DNA of 32,000 bases from Desulfobulbus propionicus DSM 2032 (GTDB lineage: Bacteria; Desulfobacterota; Desulfobulbia; Desulfobulbales; Desulfobulbaceae), in contig NC_014972.1 in NCBI RefSeq assembly GCF_000186885.1, positions 2,760,001 through 2,792,000 on the forward strand. The letters are read 5' to 3'. The position numbers and the translations under genes are program-made. The notes under the pieces were generated by a model. That model ran no database searches, was not told the origin of the DNA, and worked only from the letters and a program-made list of their open reading frames with translations. The first letter of the stretch is position 1. Each line of letters begins with the position of its first letter. Shown piece by piece: positions 1 through 10,348 of the stretch.

Positions 1-2
1 AG

Positions 3-959
3 GATTCCTTTTACCGGTCGCGGACCCCGCCCCGCCCGGTCCATTGGTCGATTGCCTGGTCGGATCTGATGATGACCATGTTTATCCTCTTTCTCACCCT
101 CTTCGCCCACCTTCGCACCCACGAGGAGATCCTTGCCCATGGCAAACCCAACAAGGTGGCCGATGAAACCATGCCGGTGCAGACCGACCAGACGCCGTCC
201 GCCTTGGTCTTTCACCCTATCTCCCAGGATGTTTCCCTGACCATTGCCGATGACGCCAAGGACATTATTCCTCCGCAACGCGAACAGGAAGGCGCCGACG
301 TGCTCATCCGTCATACACTGACCGAGGAGAAGCCGCAGCCCGAGTCGTTGGCCCCGATACCCCAGCTGCCGCAGCAGCCTTCTGCTCCGCAGTCGGCAAA
401 CCAGACGGCAGCCTCCCCCGCGCAGCCCCTTCCACCCGCCCCCGTCCCCGAGGAGAAGAAGCAGGAAGAGCTGATCACCAAGATCTATGACCTGTCCAAG
501 GTAGCCCTGGAAAAGGAGCAGCTGGATCGTTTCGCCTCGGTGGAACTGGTGCCGGACAAGACCATGCGCATCATCCTCACCGGCGACCTGCTATTTGCCT
601 CCGGTCAGGCGGAACTCACTCGCGAAGCCCTTGTTTCCCTGAAAAAAATATCGGCCCTCATCAAAACCACCCCCTACATGATCAACGTCATCGGTCATAC
701 CGACGACCGTCCGGTGAAGAATGCCCGCTTCCCCTCCAACTGGGAACTGTCGCTGGCTCGAGCCGGGCGGGTGGCCCGGTTTCTCATCGAGGATACCGGA
801 CTGCCGGCCACCCAGTTCAGTGTTTCCGGCTACAGCTCCTTCCGGCCTCTTAAGCCCAACACCAGCGAAGACAATCGCAAGATCAACCGGCGGGTGGAGC
901 TCGTGCTGTCCAAGGAATTGCCGCAGGCCCAAGCCGCCATGCCCGCCAACCTTCAATAA
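3..959 (+). CDS. MotB-like/OmpA-family stator protein, 5' end truncated by window edge
   Basis: The frame stays open to the window edge upstream of the listed ATG at 69, encoding ...WSIAWSDLMMTMFILFLTLFA. This resembles the MotB single TM helix with its conserved Asp. The C-terminus is OmpA/MotB-like (VIGHTDDRPV...NWELSLARAGRVARFL...GYSSFRPLKPNTSEDNRKINRRVEL). Confidence 0.85.
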   Translation, partial: DSFYRSRTPPRPVHWSIAWSDLMMTMFILFLTLFAHLRTHEEILAHGKPNKVADETMPVQTDQTPSALVFHPISQDVSLTIADDAKDIIPPQREQEGADVLIRHTLTEEKPQPESLAPIPQLPQQPSAPQSANQTAASPAQPLPPAPVPEEKKQEELITKIYDLSKVALEKEQLDRFASVELVPDKTMRIILTGDLLFASGQAELTREALVSLKKISALIKTTPYMINVIGHTDDRPVKNARFPSNWELSLARAGRVARFLIEDTGLPATQFSVSGYSSFRPLKPNTSEDNRKINRRVELVLSKELPQAQAAMPANLQ

Positions 960-974
960 ACGGGTTTTCCAGCC

Positions 975-1838
975 ATGAAACGACAAAACCTGATCGGCCT
1001 GCTGTTGTGCAGCCTTCTCTTTTTCGGTGGATTCCTCATCAAAGGCAATCTCAGCCTCTATTTCAACATTGCCAGCCTGATGATCGTGGCCGGCGGCAGC
1101 GCCATCGCCGCCCTGCTCAGCTTTCAGCTCGAACGGTTGCGGATCGTGCTGCGGGTGGTGCGCGCCTCGTATCGCAGCCGGCTCAAATCCGAGGCAGAGA
1201 TCGTCGATATCCTGATCAACCTGGCGATCAAATCGCGGATGGAGGGAATCCTGTCGCTGCAACAGGACGAAAACGAGACCTCGATCCATTTCCTCCGCCG
1301 GGGGTTGGGGTGCCTGGTGGACAACTACGAACCGCAGCAGATCCGCGACATCCTCAACACCGAGATGTATTTCTTCAAGCTGCGCCGCGAGGATTCGGAA
1401 CGGGTGCTGCGCACCATCGCCGATTTCTGCCCGGCCTTTGGCATCGTCGGCTCGGTGGCCGGCCTGATTCCCATGCTGGCGGGCATCGACGACACCGGCA
1501 TCATCCTCAAGACCGTGCCCCTGGCCCTGACCTCGATCCTCTATGGCCTGATCCTGCCCAATTTCTTCTTCATCCCCTTTGCCGCCAACCTGCGCGAACG
1601 GACCAATCAAGAGTTGCTGTTGCAGAAGATCATCATGGAGGGAATCATCGCCATTGAAAGCGAACTCAATCCCACCGTGCTCCGCACCAAACTGCTCTCC
1701 TTCCTCACCCCCTCCGATCGCAAGGCCGACCTAGTGCCGCTGTCGCGCATTCAGGAACGGTTCCACATCCGGCTGGACGCCACCGAACCCGATGACCGCG
1801 ACGAGCCGCAGGATCGGCCGGGACCGGCTGTTTTCTAG
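975..1838 (+). CDS. MotA/TolQ/ExbB-family proton channel (MotA-like)
   Basis: 287 aa; MotA-like hydrophobic segments and the motif RTIADFCPAFGIVGSVAGLIPML...PLALTSILYGLILPNFFFIPFAANLRER. Directly follows the MotB-like gene. Confidence 0.85.
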   Translation: MKRQNLIGLLLCSLLFFGGFLIKGNLSLYFNIASLMIVAGGSAIAALLSFQLERLRIVLRVVRASYRSRLKSEAEIVDILINLAIKSRMEGILSLQQDENETSIHFLRRGLGCLVDNYEPQQIRDILNTEMYFFKLRREDSERVLRTIADFCPAFGIVGSVAGLIPMLAGIDDTGIILKTVPLALTSILYGLILPNFFFIPFAANLRERTNQELLLQKIIMEGIIAIESELNPTVLRTKLLSFLTPSDRKADLVPLSRIQERFHIRLDATEPDDRDEPQDRPGPAVF

Positions 1839-1987
1839 CCTGGCTGCCCCCTCGCTCCGCGCCTGAAAAACAGGGGTGCAAAAAGCCGCCGGTCGTGTAC
1901 TATACGGCCTGCCAGCGGGTTTTCCACCGCCCGGTCCAGCAAATCAACCTATTGTTTTCAATCAAAAAAGAAAAGAAGAGGTTCCCC

Positions 1988-2911
1988 ATGCGATCTCCCA
2001 TCCTCCCTGCCCTGCTCTGCGCGCTTGTACTCTATGGCTGCGGGGCAACCACGGTCAAGTCGCTGGTCAAGGATCAAGGGGCCGTGCAGATGACCGGGCA
2101 CGAGGTATTGCGCCTGGTCAAGGGCAATACCTTGGCGCTCCACTCGTTCAGCGACGACGTCCAGCTCTATTTCGATCCTGCGGGCAAAATCTTCGCCAAG
2201 GGCGTCTCTACCGACAAAGACAAGGGGAGCTGGGATGTCAGCGAGAACGGCGAACTCTGCATGCGCATGGAAAAATGGTGGTACAGCGACCTGCGCTGCT
2301 TCACCGTCTACCACATCGGCGACATGGATAAGGTCCGTCTGGCCAATACCAGCGGCGTGCTCCAGTATTCGGCCGAGCAGACGGAGGGTGACAGCAAGGG
2401 ATTGTACAGCGGCATGGACAAGAAAAAGAAGAGTCTGCGCCGCTCGATCCGGAACGAGGCCGACACGCAGCAGCCCAGCACCAGTCTGAGCGCGTCGCCC
2501 AGCAAGGCAACCACCCCAACGCTGATCGAGGAACCACGGCCGAGCGCTCATCATGGCGGCAAGGACACCGGGGTCATGGTGGAATACATGGCCAAGGACT
2601 GCCCAGGCTGCGACCTGGCCGGGGTCGATCTCGGCCGCGCTGAACTGATCGACGCCAAACTGGCCGGTGCCGACCTCCACGGTGCCAACCTGAGCATGGC
2701 CAATCTCCGCCGGGCCGATCTCAAGAAAGCCAACCTGCAAAAGGCCGTCCTTACCTACGCCAATCTTCCCGGTGCCGACCTCCGCGGCGCTGACCTGCGC
2801 GGCGCCTCGCTCAAGGGAGCCAATCTCATCAAGGCCGACCTCACCGGGGCCAGGCTCGAAGAGGCCGATCTGACCGAGGTGCTCAAGGAAGGGGCGAAAG
2901 GGCTGAAGTAG
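1988..2911 (+). CDS. Lipoprotein with N-terminal DUF995-like region and C-terminal pentapeptide repeats
   Basis: Start reassigned from 1895 to ATG 1988 (MRSPILPALLCALVLYGCG, signal peptide and lipobox). The C-terminus has about 18 A(D/N)LxX repeats (CDLAGVDLGRAELIDAKLAGADLHGANL...). Confidence 0.8.
   Translation: MRSPILPALLCALVLYGCGATTVKSLVKDQGAVQMTGHEVLRLVKGNTLALHSFSDDVQLYFDPAGKIFAKGVSTDKDKGSWDVSENGELCMRMEKWWYSDLRCFTVYHIGDMDKVRLANTSGVLQYSAEQTEGDSKGLYSGMDKKKKSLRRSIRNEADTQQPSTSLSASPSKATTPTLIEEPRPSAHHGGKDTGVMVEYMAKDCPGCDLAGVDLGRAELIDAKLAGADLHGANLSMANLRRADLKKANLQKAVLTYANLPGADLRGADLRGASLKGANLIKADLTGARLEEADLTEVLKEGAKGLK
2609..2887 (+). repeat. Pentapeptide repeat coding region
   Basis: Translated repeats ADLHGANLSMANLRRADLKKANLQKAVLTYANLPGADLRGADLRGASLKGANLIKADL. 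Confidence 0.8.
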
Positions 2912-2983
2912 GGGTGTAGGTGGGGAGTCTGTTAGCCTTTGGGTTGAGGCGCTATCCCCCCTCCCTCTTCATTGATCGCGCTA

Positions 2984-3031
2984 ATCGTTCCCTCGCTGGA
3001 GCGGGGGAACGATCAACTTGCTCTATTTTTT
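2984..3031 (+). terminator. Rho-independent terminator-like hairpin
   Basis: Stem atcgttccctcgc (2984-2996) / gcgggggaacgat (3001-3013), loop tgga, followed 11 nt later by a T-run (3025-3031). Confidence 0.6.
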
Positions 3032-3094
3032 AAACATTTAGGAATGGCGGGCAAGCAAAAGACATTTCCCTTTCACCATGATGCCCTTATCTAA

Positions 3095-3520
3095 ATGGAA
3101 TGGATTCAATTTATAGCTGGTATCGGGATTGGTACACTCGGTGCGAAGTTGCTCGACATTATCTTGTTACAGAGGCGTATCGAGAAGGCCGAACAAAGGA
3201 CTTGGCTACGAGAGAAAAGGCTGGAATCATTTGCAGAAGTGATAAAAGAATTCCTGTCTTTCGGTCTTCACGCAAGTAAGACGCGAACAGGATTTCAGAG
3301 TTACGGTTTGATCTCTAAAGCACTGCTACTTATCGACGACGACAAACTGGTAGACCGAATTGACCAGTTTGTGGTCAACATGGATCACATGAACAGTTTA
3401 ACCGATTCAAAAAATGCTGAGGACAAGATCAAAGGTGAACAACTTTATATAACTTTAACTGAGGAGTCACGAGAGATCACAAAAATTCTTCGAGGAATCA
3501 TTCTTTCTGATCGTGTCTAA
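3095..3520 (+). CDS. Small hypothetical protein with N-terminal hydrophobic segment
   Basis: 141 aa ORF, noticeably more AT-rich than its neighbours; MEWIQFIAGIGIGTLGAKLLDIILLQRRIEKAEQRTWLREKRLESFAEVIKEF. Confidence 0.6.
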   Translation: MEWIQFIAGIGIGTLGAKLLDIILLQRRIEKAEQRTWLREKRLESFAEVIKEFLSFGLHASKTRTGFQSYGLISKALLLIDDDKLVDRIDQFVVNMDHMNSLTDSKNAEDKIKGEQLYITLTEESREITKILRGIILSDRV

Positions 3521-3625
3521 ACTTATATGCCTTCCAATCGATGTGATTCGTCTCGATGAACTCACAGCGAACGCCTCCTCTTTTCTTAAAAACATAATTA
3601 TCCCAATAAAAAATACGCTAGTCTC

Positions 3626-6600
3626 ATGCCCACACCCTTCATTCATCTTCACGTCCACTCCCAGTACTCCATGCTCGACGGCGCCATCCGCGTCTCCGAC
3701 CTGATCGACACCGCCAAGGAATTCGGCATGGAGGCGGTGGCCCTCACCGACCACGGCGCCATGTACGGGGCGCTGGAATTCTATGAAAAGGCCAAGAAAG
3801 CGGGCATCAAGCCCCTGGTCGGCTGCGAGTTCTACCTGGCGGAAAACGGCATGGAAATCCATGACCGCAGCGCCGGCCACAACTTCCATCTGGTGGCGCT
3901 CGCCATGAACGAGGCCGGCTACGGCAACCTGATGAAGCTGGCCTCCCTGGCGCAGACCAAAGGATTCTACTACCGGCCGCGGATCGACCGCCAGACTCTG
4001 TATGCCCATCAGGAAGGGTTGATCGTGCTCACCGCCTGCCTCAAGGGCGAGATTCCCTGGCGGCTGACCCACAACGACGAGAACCGTGCCCGCGCCCGCG
4101 CTCTGGAACTGCAAAAAGTGTTCGGCGACCGCCTCTATCTGGAGATTCAGGAAAACGGTCTGCCCGAGCAGACCATCGCCAACCAGGGACTGATGGCGCT
4201 TGCCAAGGACCTGAATATCAAGCTGGTGGCCACCAACGACTGCCACTACCTGACCAAGGAGGAGTCCTACGCCCACGAGGTGCTGCTGTGCATCCAGACC
4301 GGCAAGACCATCAACGACCCCAACCGCTTCCGCTTCAACACCAACGAACTCTACTTCAAGTCCGGCGACGAGATGGCCGCCCAGTTTGCCTACTGCCCCG
4401 AGGCGATCAGCAACACCCTGGAGGTGGCCGAGCGGTGCAACCTGGAACTGAGTTTCAAGGAACACTTTTTCCCCATCTTTCCGATCAAGGAAAACGAGAC
4501 CCTGGAAACGGTCTTCTCCCAGGCCTGTTGGGATGGTTTCCAGCAGCGGCTCGACCACATGCGCGAGATGGGCCCGGTCAGCGCCGAGACCGAGAAGACC
4601 TACCGCGACCGGCTGGAATACGAGATCGATGTTATCCAGGAGATGGGGTTTGCCGGCTACTTCCTGATCGTGGCCGATTTCATCAACTGGGCCAAGAAAC
4701 AGAAAATTCCGGTGGGGCCGGGCCGCGGCTCGGGCGCGGGCAGCCTGGCCGCCTACTGCATGGCGATCACCGACATCGATCCCATTCCCTATGGCCTGCT
4801 GTTCGAACGCTTTCTCAACGTCGAGCGGGTGTCCATGCCCGACTTTGACGTCGACTTCTGCAAGGAGCGGCGCGACGAGGTCATCGACTACGTCCGCCAG
4901 CGCTACGGCGGCGACGATTATGTGGCCCAGATCGTGGCCTATGGATCGATGAAGGCCCGGGCCGTGCTGCGCGACGTTGGCAGGGTGCTCGATATCCCCC
5001 TGCCGGTGGTGGACCGGATCGCCAAGCTGGTGCCGGAGGAATTGAAAATCACCCTGAAGAAGGCGATCGAAAAGGAGCCCCGACTGCGCGAGGCGATGAA
5101 GGACGACGAGGTCCGCGAACTGCTGACCATCGCCCAGACCCTGGAGGGGCTGGCCCGGCACAAGTCGACCCATGCCGCCGGGGTGGTCATCTCGCCCAAA
5201 CCGATGGTCGAGTACCTGCCGGTGTGCATCGGCCCCAACAAGGAGATCCTGACCCAGTACGACATGAAGTACACCGAGAAGACCGGACTGATCAAGTTCG
5301 ACTTCCTCGGGCTGAAGACCCTGACCGTGATCGACCGGGCCCTGAAACTGATCGCCTATGACGTGGGCAAGGAAGTTGACCTGCGCAAGATTCCCATGGA
5401 CGACCCCAAGACCTACAATCTGCTCTGCCGGGGCGACAGCCTGGGGGTGTTCCAGTTGGAAAGCGACGGCATGCGCGAGCTCTTGATCAAGATGCAGCCG
5501 GAGCAGTTCACCGACCTGATCGCCCTGGTCGCCCTGTACCGGCCGGGCCCACTCGACTCGGGTATGGTCGATACCTTTGTCGAGACCAAACACGGCCGCC
5601 GGCCCGCCGACTACCCCCTGCCGCAGATCAAGTCGGTCCTCCAGGAGACCTACGGCGTGATCGTCTACCAGGAGCAGGTGATGAAGATCTCCAATATCCT
5701 GGCGGGCTATAGCCTGGGTGATGCCGATATTCTCCGCCGCGCCATGGGCAAGAAGATCCCCGAGGTCATGGAGAAGGAGCGCGGCAAGTTCATGGCCGGG
5801 GCCAAGGTCAACAACATCCCCGAGGACAAGGCCACCTACATTTTCGACCTGATGGCCAAGTTTGCCGGTTACGGCTTCAACAAATCGCACTCGGCGGCCT
5901 ACGCCCTGGTGGCCTATCAGACCGCCTATCTCAAGGCCCACTATCCGGCTCAATTCCTGGCCGCCCTGCTCTCCTGCGACTACGACAACACCGACAAGGT
6001 GGTCAAGTACATCAACGAGTGCCGCCAGAACAAGATTGAGGTCCTGCCGCCGGACATCAACGAATCGTTCAACGATTTCACGGTGATCAACGACCGTGTT
6101 CGCTTTGGCTTGGCAGCGGTCAAGAACGTCGGCGGCGCGGCCCTTGATTCGATCCTGGCCGAGCGGGAAGCGGGCGGGCCATACCGGTCCCTGAGCGATT
6201 TCTGCAGCCGGGTGGACAGCTCTAAGGTCAATCGCAAGGTGATCGAGAGCCTGATCAAGGCCGGGGCCTTCGACTCGATGAGCGGACGCCGCGCCCAGTA
6301 CATGGCCATGCTCGACCAGTGTCTCGACCGGGCCAAGGCGGCCCAGCGCGACCGGATGAGCGGCCAGATGAATTTGTTTGCCATCGGGCAACCAGCGTCG
6401 AAACAGGCGGAGGCAACGGAGGTCGAACTGCCCGCCGATGTCGAGGAGTGGCCGGAACTGGAACGGCTGGCCGCGGAAAAGGAAACGGTCGGCTTTTTCC
6501 TCACCGGTCATCCCCTGGAAGGGGTGATGGAGGATCTGCGCCGGGCGGTGGACACTGACATCGCCGGGGTGGAAAAGCTGCGCGAAGGCCAGGCAGTGCG

Positions 6601-7147
6601 TATCGGCGGCCTGATCGCCAGTTACAAGGAGCACAAATCGAAAAAAGGCGACCGCATGGCCTTCACTACCCTGGAGGATATGAGCGCCAGCATCGAGGTG
6701 ATCGTCTTTCCCTCGACCTTTGCCGAATGCGCCGAGCTGCTGACCAGCGAGCAGCCGCTGGTGGTGCTGGGCACGGTGCAGCAGGGGGAACGAGGCGCCA
6801 AGGTGGTGGCCCAGGAGGTCAAGACCCTGACCGGGGCACTGGAGCACTATACCGAGCGAGCGGTGATCACTCTGCGGGCGGCGGCGACCTCACGCCAGCA
6901 CATGCTGGAACTCAAAGAACTGCTTTACCAGCACCACGGGGCCACGCCGGTTATGCTCACCCTGCATTTCGACAATCGGGGCGAGGTCGACATTCAGGTG
7001 CTCAAGGATATGAGCATCCGCCCTTCCTCCGACCTCTTTCACAAGATCACCCGGCTCTGCGGCCCCCGCTCGCTGGCGGTGCAGATGCGCAAACCCGAGG
7101 TGCAGCCGCGCCGCAACGGCAACGGCCGCGGAGGCAACGGCCACTAG
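3626..7147 (+). CDS. dnaE: DNA polymerase III alpha subunit
   Basis: 1173 aa; N-terminal PHP domain (FIHLHVHSQYSMLDGAIRVSDLI), PDFDVDFCKERRDEVIDYV, VGPGRGSGAGSLAAYCM, YGFNKSHSAAYALVAYQTAYLKAHYPAQFLAALLS. Confidence 0.98.
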   Translation: MPTPFIHLHVHSQYSMLDGAIRVSDLIDTAKEFGMEAVALTDHGAMYGALEFYEKAKKAGIKPLVGCEFYLAENGMEIHDRSAGHNFHLVALAMNEAGYGNLMKLASLAQTKGFYYRPRIDRQTLYAHQEGLIVLTACLKGEIPWRLTHNDENRARARALELQKVFGDRLYLEIQENGLPEQTIANQGLMALAKDLNIKLVATNDCHYLTKEESYAHEVLLCIQTGKTINDPNRFRFNTNELYFKSGDEMAAQFAYCPEAISNTLEVAERCNLELSFKEHFFPIFPIKENETLETVFSQACWDGFQQRLDHMREMGPVSAETEKTYRDRLEYEIDVIQEMGFAGYFLIVADFINWAKKQKIPVGPGRGSGAGSLAAYCMAITDIDPIPYGLLFERFLNVERVSMPDFDVDFCKERRDEVIDYVRQRYGGDDYVAQIVAYGSMKARAVLRDVGRVLDIPLPVVDRIAKLVPEELKITLKKAIEKEPRLREAMKDDEVRELLTIAQTLEGLARHKSTHAAGVVISPKPMVEYLPVCIGPNKEILTQYDMKYTEKTGLIKFDFLGLKTLTVIDRALKLIAYDVGKEVDLRKIPMDDPKTYNLLCRGDSLGVFQLESDGMRELLIKMQPEQFTDLIALVALYRPGPLDSGMVDTFVETKHGRRPADYPLPQIKSVLQETYGVIVYQEQVMKISNILAGYSLGDADILRRAMGKKIPEVMEKERGKFMAGAKVNNIPEDKATYIFDLMAKFAGYGFNKSHSAAYALVAYQTAYLKAHYPAQFLAALLSCDYDNTDKVVKYINECRQNKIEVLPPDINESFNDFTVINDRVRFGLAAVKNVGGAALDSILAEREAGGPYRSLSDFCSRVDSSKVNRKVIESLIKAGAFDSMSGRRAQYMAMLDQCLDRAKAAQRDRMSGQMNLFAIGQPASKQAEATEVELPADVEEWPELERLAAEKETVGFFLTGHPLEGVMEDLRRAVDTDIAGVEKLREGQAVRIGGLIASYKEHKSKKGDRMAFTTLEDMSASIEVIVFPSTFAECAELLTSEQPLVVLGTVQQGERGAKVVAQEVKTLTGALEHYTERAVITLRAAATSRQHMLELKELLYQHHGATPVMLTLHFDNRGEVDIQVLKDMSIRPSSDLFHKITRLCGPRSLAVQMRKPEVQPRRNGNGRGGNGH

Positions 7148-7164
7148 GAAGGTTGGAAGGGATC

Positions 7165-7192
7165 ACCCGGCATACACGAAGGGTTGCCGGGT
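7165..7192. terminator. Hairpin between convergent dnaE and dxs (possible terminator)
   Basis: acccggca (7165-7172) / tgccgggt (7185-7192) inverted repeat. There is no clear T-run, so confidence is low. Confidence 0.3.
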
Positions 7193-7206
7193 CTGCGAGA
7201 GGTTGT

Positions 7207-9114
7207 TCAGGAACGCAACAACGCCAGCGCACCGCGCACAATGCCCTCGGCGTCGATCCCCGCATTGTGCCACAAGGTGGCTTGCGGGCCATGCTCGATG
7301 AAGGTGTCCGCATAGCCGAGCATCGTGCACGGCAGCGACAGGCCCTGTTGATGGAGCAGTTGCAGCACACCGCTGCCGAACCCACCTTGAACGGTGTTGT
7401 CTTCGATGGTGACGACCCGGCCCGTCTGTGCGGCCCAAGTGGCGATCAATTCGCTGTCCAGCGGCTTGACAAAGCGCGGATTGAGCACTGCCGCGCTGAC
7501 TCCCTGTTCCTCAAGAAGCTCCGCTGCCGCGAGTGCGGGATACACCCGGTTGCCCACGGGCAGGAGCAACACATCCGTGCCCTGCCGGAGGAGTTCCCCC
7601 TTGCCGATTTCCAGCGCCGCAAACGACGGCGCAAGCGGCACCCCTTCGCCGCTGCCGCGGGGATAGCGCAACACCACCGGGCCGCTGTGGGTCAGCGCCG
7701 TGTAGAGCATTTGTTGTAGTTCGTCCTCGTCCTTGGGCGCCATCACCGTCAGGTTGGGTATGAAGCGCAGGAAAGACAGGTCGAAGACACCATGATGGGT
7801 GGGACCATCGGCCCCGACCACGCCGCTGCGGTCCAGGGCGATGGTCACCGGCAGGTTGGGCAGGCAGACGTCGTGGATCAATTGATCCAGAGCCCGTTGC
7901 ATGAACGAGGAGTACACGGCAAAGAAGGGACGCAAGCCTTCCAAGGCCAAGCCGGCGGCAAAGGTGACCGCATGCTGTTCGGCGATGCCGACGTCGAAAA
8001 ACCGGTCGGGAAATTCTGTGGCAAAGGGAAGTAGGCCGGTACCGCCCGGCATGGCGGCGGTGATCGCCACCACCCGCTTGTCCTGCCGGGCCAGCCGACA
8101 AAGCGTATCGCCGAACACCTTGGTGTAGGAAATGGCGGCGTTCTTGTTCTTTTTCGGCGTGCCGGTGGCCACGTCGAACGGACCGACGCCGTGGTAGTCG
8201 CCGGGATGGGTTTCAGCCGGCTTGTAGCCCTTGCCCTTGGTGGTGATCACATGCACCAGCACCGGACCATGGCTGTGATCGCGGACGTTTTCCAGGGTGG
8301 CGATCAAATCTTCCAGTTCATGACCGGGAATCGGGCCGATATATTTGAACTTCAACGCCTCGAACAGCATGCCCGGGGTGAAAAAACCCTTGAGGCTTTC
8401 TTCGCTCTTGCGCAGCACGGTCAAGATATTCTCGCCCACCGAGGACAGGGCCATCAACCGGTCCTCGATATGATCGCGCAGGCGGCGGATGGTCTTGCCC
8501 GTCAGTTTGCGGCTGAGAAAACTGGACAGGGCGCCAACGTTTTTCGAGATCGACATCTCGTTGTCGTTGAGGATCACGACCAAATTACGGCCCAGATCGC
8601 CGGCATGATTGAGGCCTTCAAAGGCCATGCCCGCGGTCATCGAGCCGTCGCCGATGATCGCCACCACCCGGCTGTCGTCTTCCTGCATTGCCTTGGCCGC
8701 TGCCATGCCCAGTCCGTAGGAAATCGAGGTGGAACTGTGTCCGGCTTCCACCGTATCGTATCCGCTTTCGCCCCGCTTGGGAAAACCACTCAACCCTTTG
8801 TACTGACGGAGGGTGGCGAAACGGTCCCGCCGACCGGTCAGCAATTTGTGGGCATAGGCCTGGTGGCCCACATCCCATATCAATCGGTCGCGCGGCGTAT
8901 CAAACACATAATGGAGGGCCATGGTCAATTCGACCACCCCAAGACTGGGGGCGAGATGGCCGCCGGTTTCGGCCACGGTGGCGATGATGGTTTCCCGCAG
9001 TTCCTGGGCAAGCAGTTCCATCTGCGGCAGGCTGAGGCGGCGCAGATCACGGGGGGAATCAATGGTGGCCAGCAGGGAACTGGTCCGGTCTGTCGGGGAA
9101 TCCACAATGAGCAT
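7207..9114 (-). CDS. dxs: 1-deoxy-D-xylulose-5-phosphate synthase
   Basis: 635 aa; [87 protein letters not shown]. Confidence 0.97.
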   Translation of the reverse strand: MLIVDSPTDRTSSLLATIDSPRDLRRLSLPQMELLAQELRETIIATVAETGGHLAPSLGVVELTMALHYVFDTPRDRLIWDVGHQAYAHKLLTGRRDRFATLRQYKGLSGFPKRGESGYDTVEAGHSSTSISYGLGMAAAKAMQEDDSRVVAIIGDGSMTAGMAFEGLNHAGDLGRNLVVILNDNEMSISKNVGALSSFLSRKLTGKTIRRLRDHIEDRLMALSSVGENILTVLRKSEESLKGFFTPGMLFEALKFKYIGPIPGHELEDLIATLENVRDHSHGPVLVHVITTKGKGYKPAETHPGDYHGVGPFDVATGTPKKNKNAAISYTKVFGDTLCRLARQDKRVVAITAAMPGGTGLLPFATEFPDRFFDVGIAEQHAVTFAAGLALEGLRPFFAVYSSFMQRALDQLIHDVCLPNLPVTIALDRSGVVGADGPTHHGVFDLSFLRFIPNLTVMAPKDEDELQQMLYTALTHSGPVVLRYPRGSGEGVPLAPSFAALEIGKGELLRQGTDVLLLPVGNRVYPALAAAELLEEQGVSAAVLNPRFVKPLDSELIATWAAQTGRVVTIEDNTVQGGFGSGVLQLLHQQGLSLPCTMLGYADTFIEHGPQATLWHNAGIDAEGIVRGALALLRS

Positions 9115-9116
9115 GA

Positions 9117-10013
9117 TTATTTCTTACGGTCGACAATGAAGTTGGCCAGATTCCTGAGCGGATCGGCCTGGTGGTCAAAGGCGGCAAGGGCGGCGATGGC
9201 CTCTTGCACCGCTTCCCTGGCCATGGTGCGCGAGGTTTCCTTGCCAAAAAGCGAAGGATAGGTGACTTTGTCGGATTTGAGGTCGCTGCCCGCTGGTTTG
9301 CCCAACTGTTCGGTGGTGGCCTCGACATCGAGCAGATCGTCGACGATCTGAAAGGCCAGACCGATGTTGTCGCCATAGGTTTTCAGGGCAGTCTCCTGCT
9401 CGGCACTGGCGCCGGCAACCATGGCGCCGCTCAGCACCGAGGCGGTGATCAGCGCGCCGGTCTTGCTGCGGTGGATGGTGCGCAGCATTTCGTAGCCCAC
9501 CTGCTGCCCCTCGTAGATCATGTCCAGCGATTGGCCGCCGACCATGCCCAGCGGGCCGGCCGCCCGGGCAATGGTCTGGATGATGCGAATCCGGGCCGCG
9601 TCGTTGATGTCAGCGGACGCCTGGCTGCTAAGCAGGTCAAAGGCAAAAGTGAGCAGGCCGTCGCCGGCGAGAATGGCCGCCGCCTCGCCAAAAACTGTGT
9701 GATTGGTCGGTTTGCCCCGGCGCAGGTCATCGTCGTCCATGGCCGGCAGGTCGTCGTGAATGAGAGAGTAGGTGTGGATGCACTCCAGGGCACAGGCCAC
9801 GGACAGGGCACGCTGACGGGTCGCCTCGCCGCTGTCCACGGCCTCGGCACCGGCCAGACAGAGAATGGGCCGAATCCGTTTGCCGCCGACAAAGAGGCTG
9901 TAGCGCATCGATTCGATGTGCTGGCTGAAATCACCGGCAGGTTTGAGCATCAGCGCGGCCAGCTGATCCTCCACCCGCTGCCGCTGATCATTCAGATAGG
10001 TTGCGATCTCCAC
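9117..10013 (-). CDS. ispA: Farnesyl/geranylgeranyl diphosphate synthase (polyprenyl synthetase)
   Basis: FARM-like [22 protein letters not shown] and second Asp-rich [24 protein letters not shown]. The listed ORF extends to 10052; GTG at 10013 ([14 protein letters not shown]) is the likelier start. Confidence 0.93.
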   Translation of the reverse strand: MEIATYLNDQRQRVEDQLAALMLKPAGDFSQHIESMRYSLFVGGKRIRPILCLAGAEAVDSGEATRQRALSVACALECIHTYSLIHDDLPAMDDDDLRRGKPTNHTVFGEAAAILAGDGLLTFAFDLLSSQASADINDAARIRIIQTIARAAGPLGMVGGQSLDMIYEGQQVGYEMLRTIHRSKTGALITASVLSGAMVAGASAEQETALKTYGDNIGLAFQIVDDLLDVEATTEQLGKPAGSDLKSDKVTYPSLFGKETSRTMAREAVQEAIAALAAFDHQADPLRNLANFIVDRKK

Positions 10014-10236
10014 CGTCTTCCTCGGGAAACGGCACGGCCGCCAGCTCGCCATCCTTTTTCAGCAGCAGTTCGACCTGCCCTTTGGCCTCGTCGATCTTGC
10101 CGCTGCAGAATTGCACCAGCGCCATGCCTTCGTTGAATTTTTCCAGACTCTTTTCCAGGCTGAGATCGCCGGCTTCCAGCTCATCGGTGATCTGCTCCAG
10201 TCTGGCGAGCGCGTTTTCGAAGGTCTTTTTTGCCAT
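9988..10236 (-). CDS. xseB: Exodeoxyribonuclease VII small subunit
   Basis: MAKKTFENALARLEQITDELEAGDLSLEKSLEKFNEGMALVQFCSGKIDEAKGQVELLL; start reassigned from 10338 to ATG 10236. Located directly upstream of ispA, a common arrangement. Confidence 0.93.
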   Translation of the reverse strand: MAKKTFENALARLEQITDELEAGDLSLEKSLEKFNEGMALVQFCSGKIDEAKGQVELLLKKDGELAAVPFPEEDGGDRNLSE

Positions 10237-10348
10237 ACAACGGCTCCGTCGGCCTGAACTGAGAACGATTTTATTTGCCGAATACATCGAGCAAGGGTAA
10301 TCGTCTATACTAAACACTCTCCCCGCGGGTTTCAACATCTCTTTGGCA

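Noticed and set aside
3467-6847. 1126-aa minus-strand ORF opposite dnaE
   Set aside because: Antisense shadow of a high-GC coding gene. dnaE on the plus strand is unambiguous and the antisense product is low-complexity.
3626-7147. Possible intein or split in dnaE
   Set aside because: The protein is continuous, with a normal length and uninterrupted catalytic motifs.
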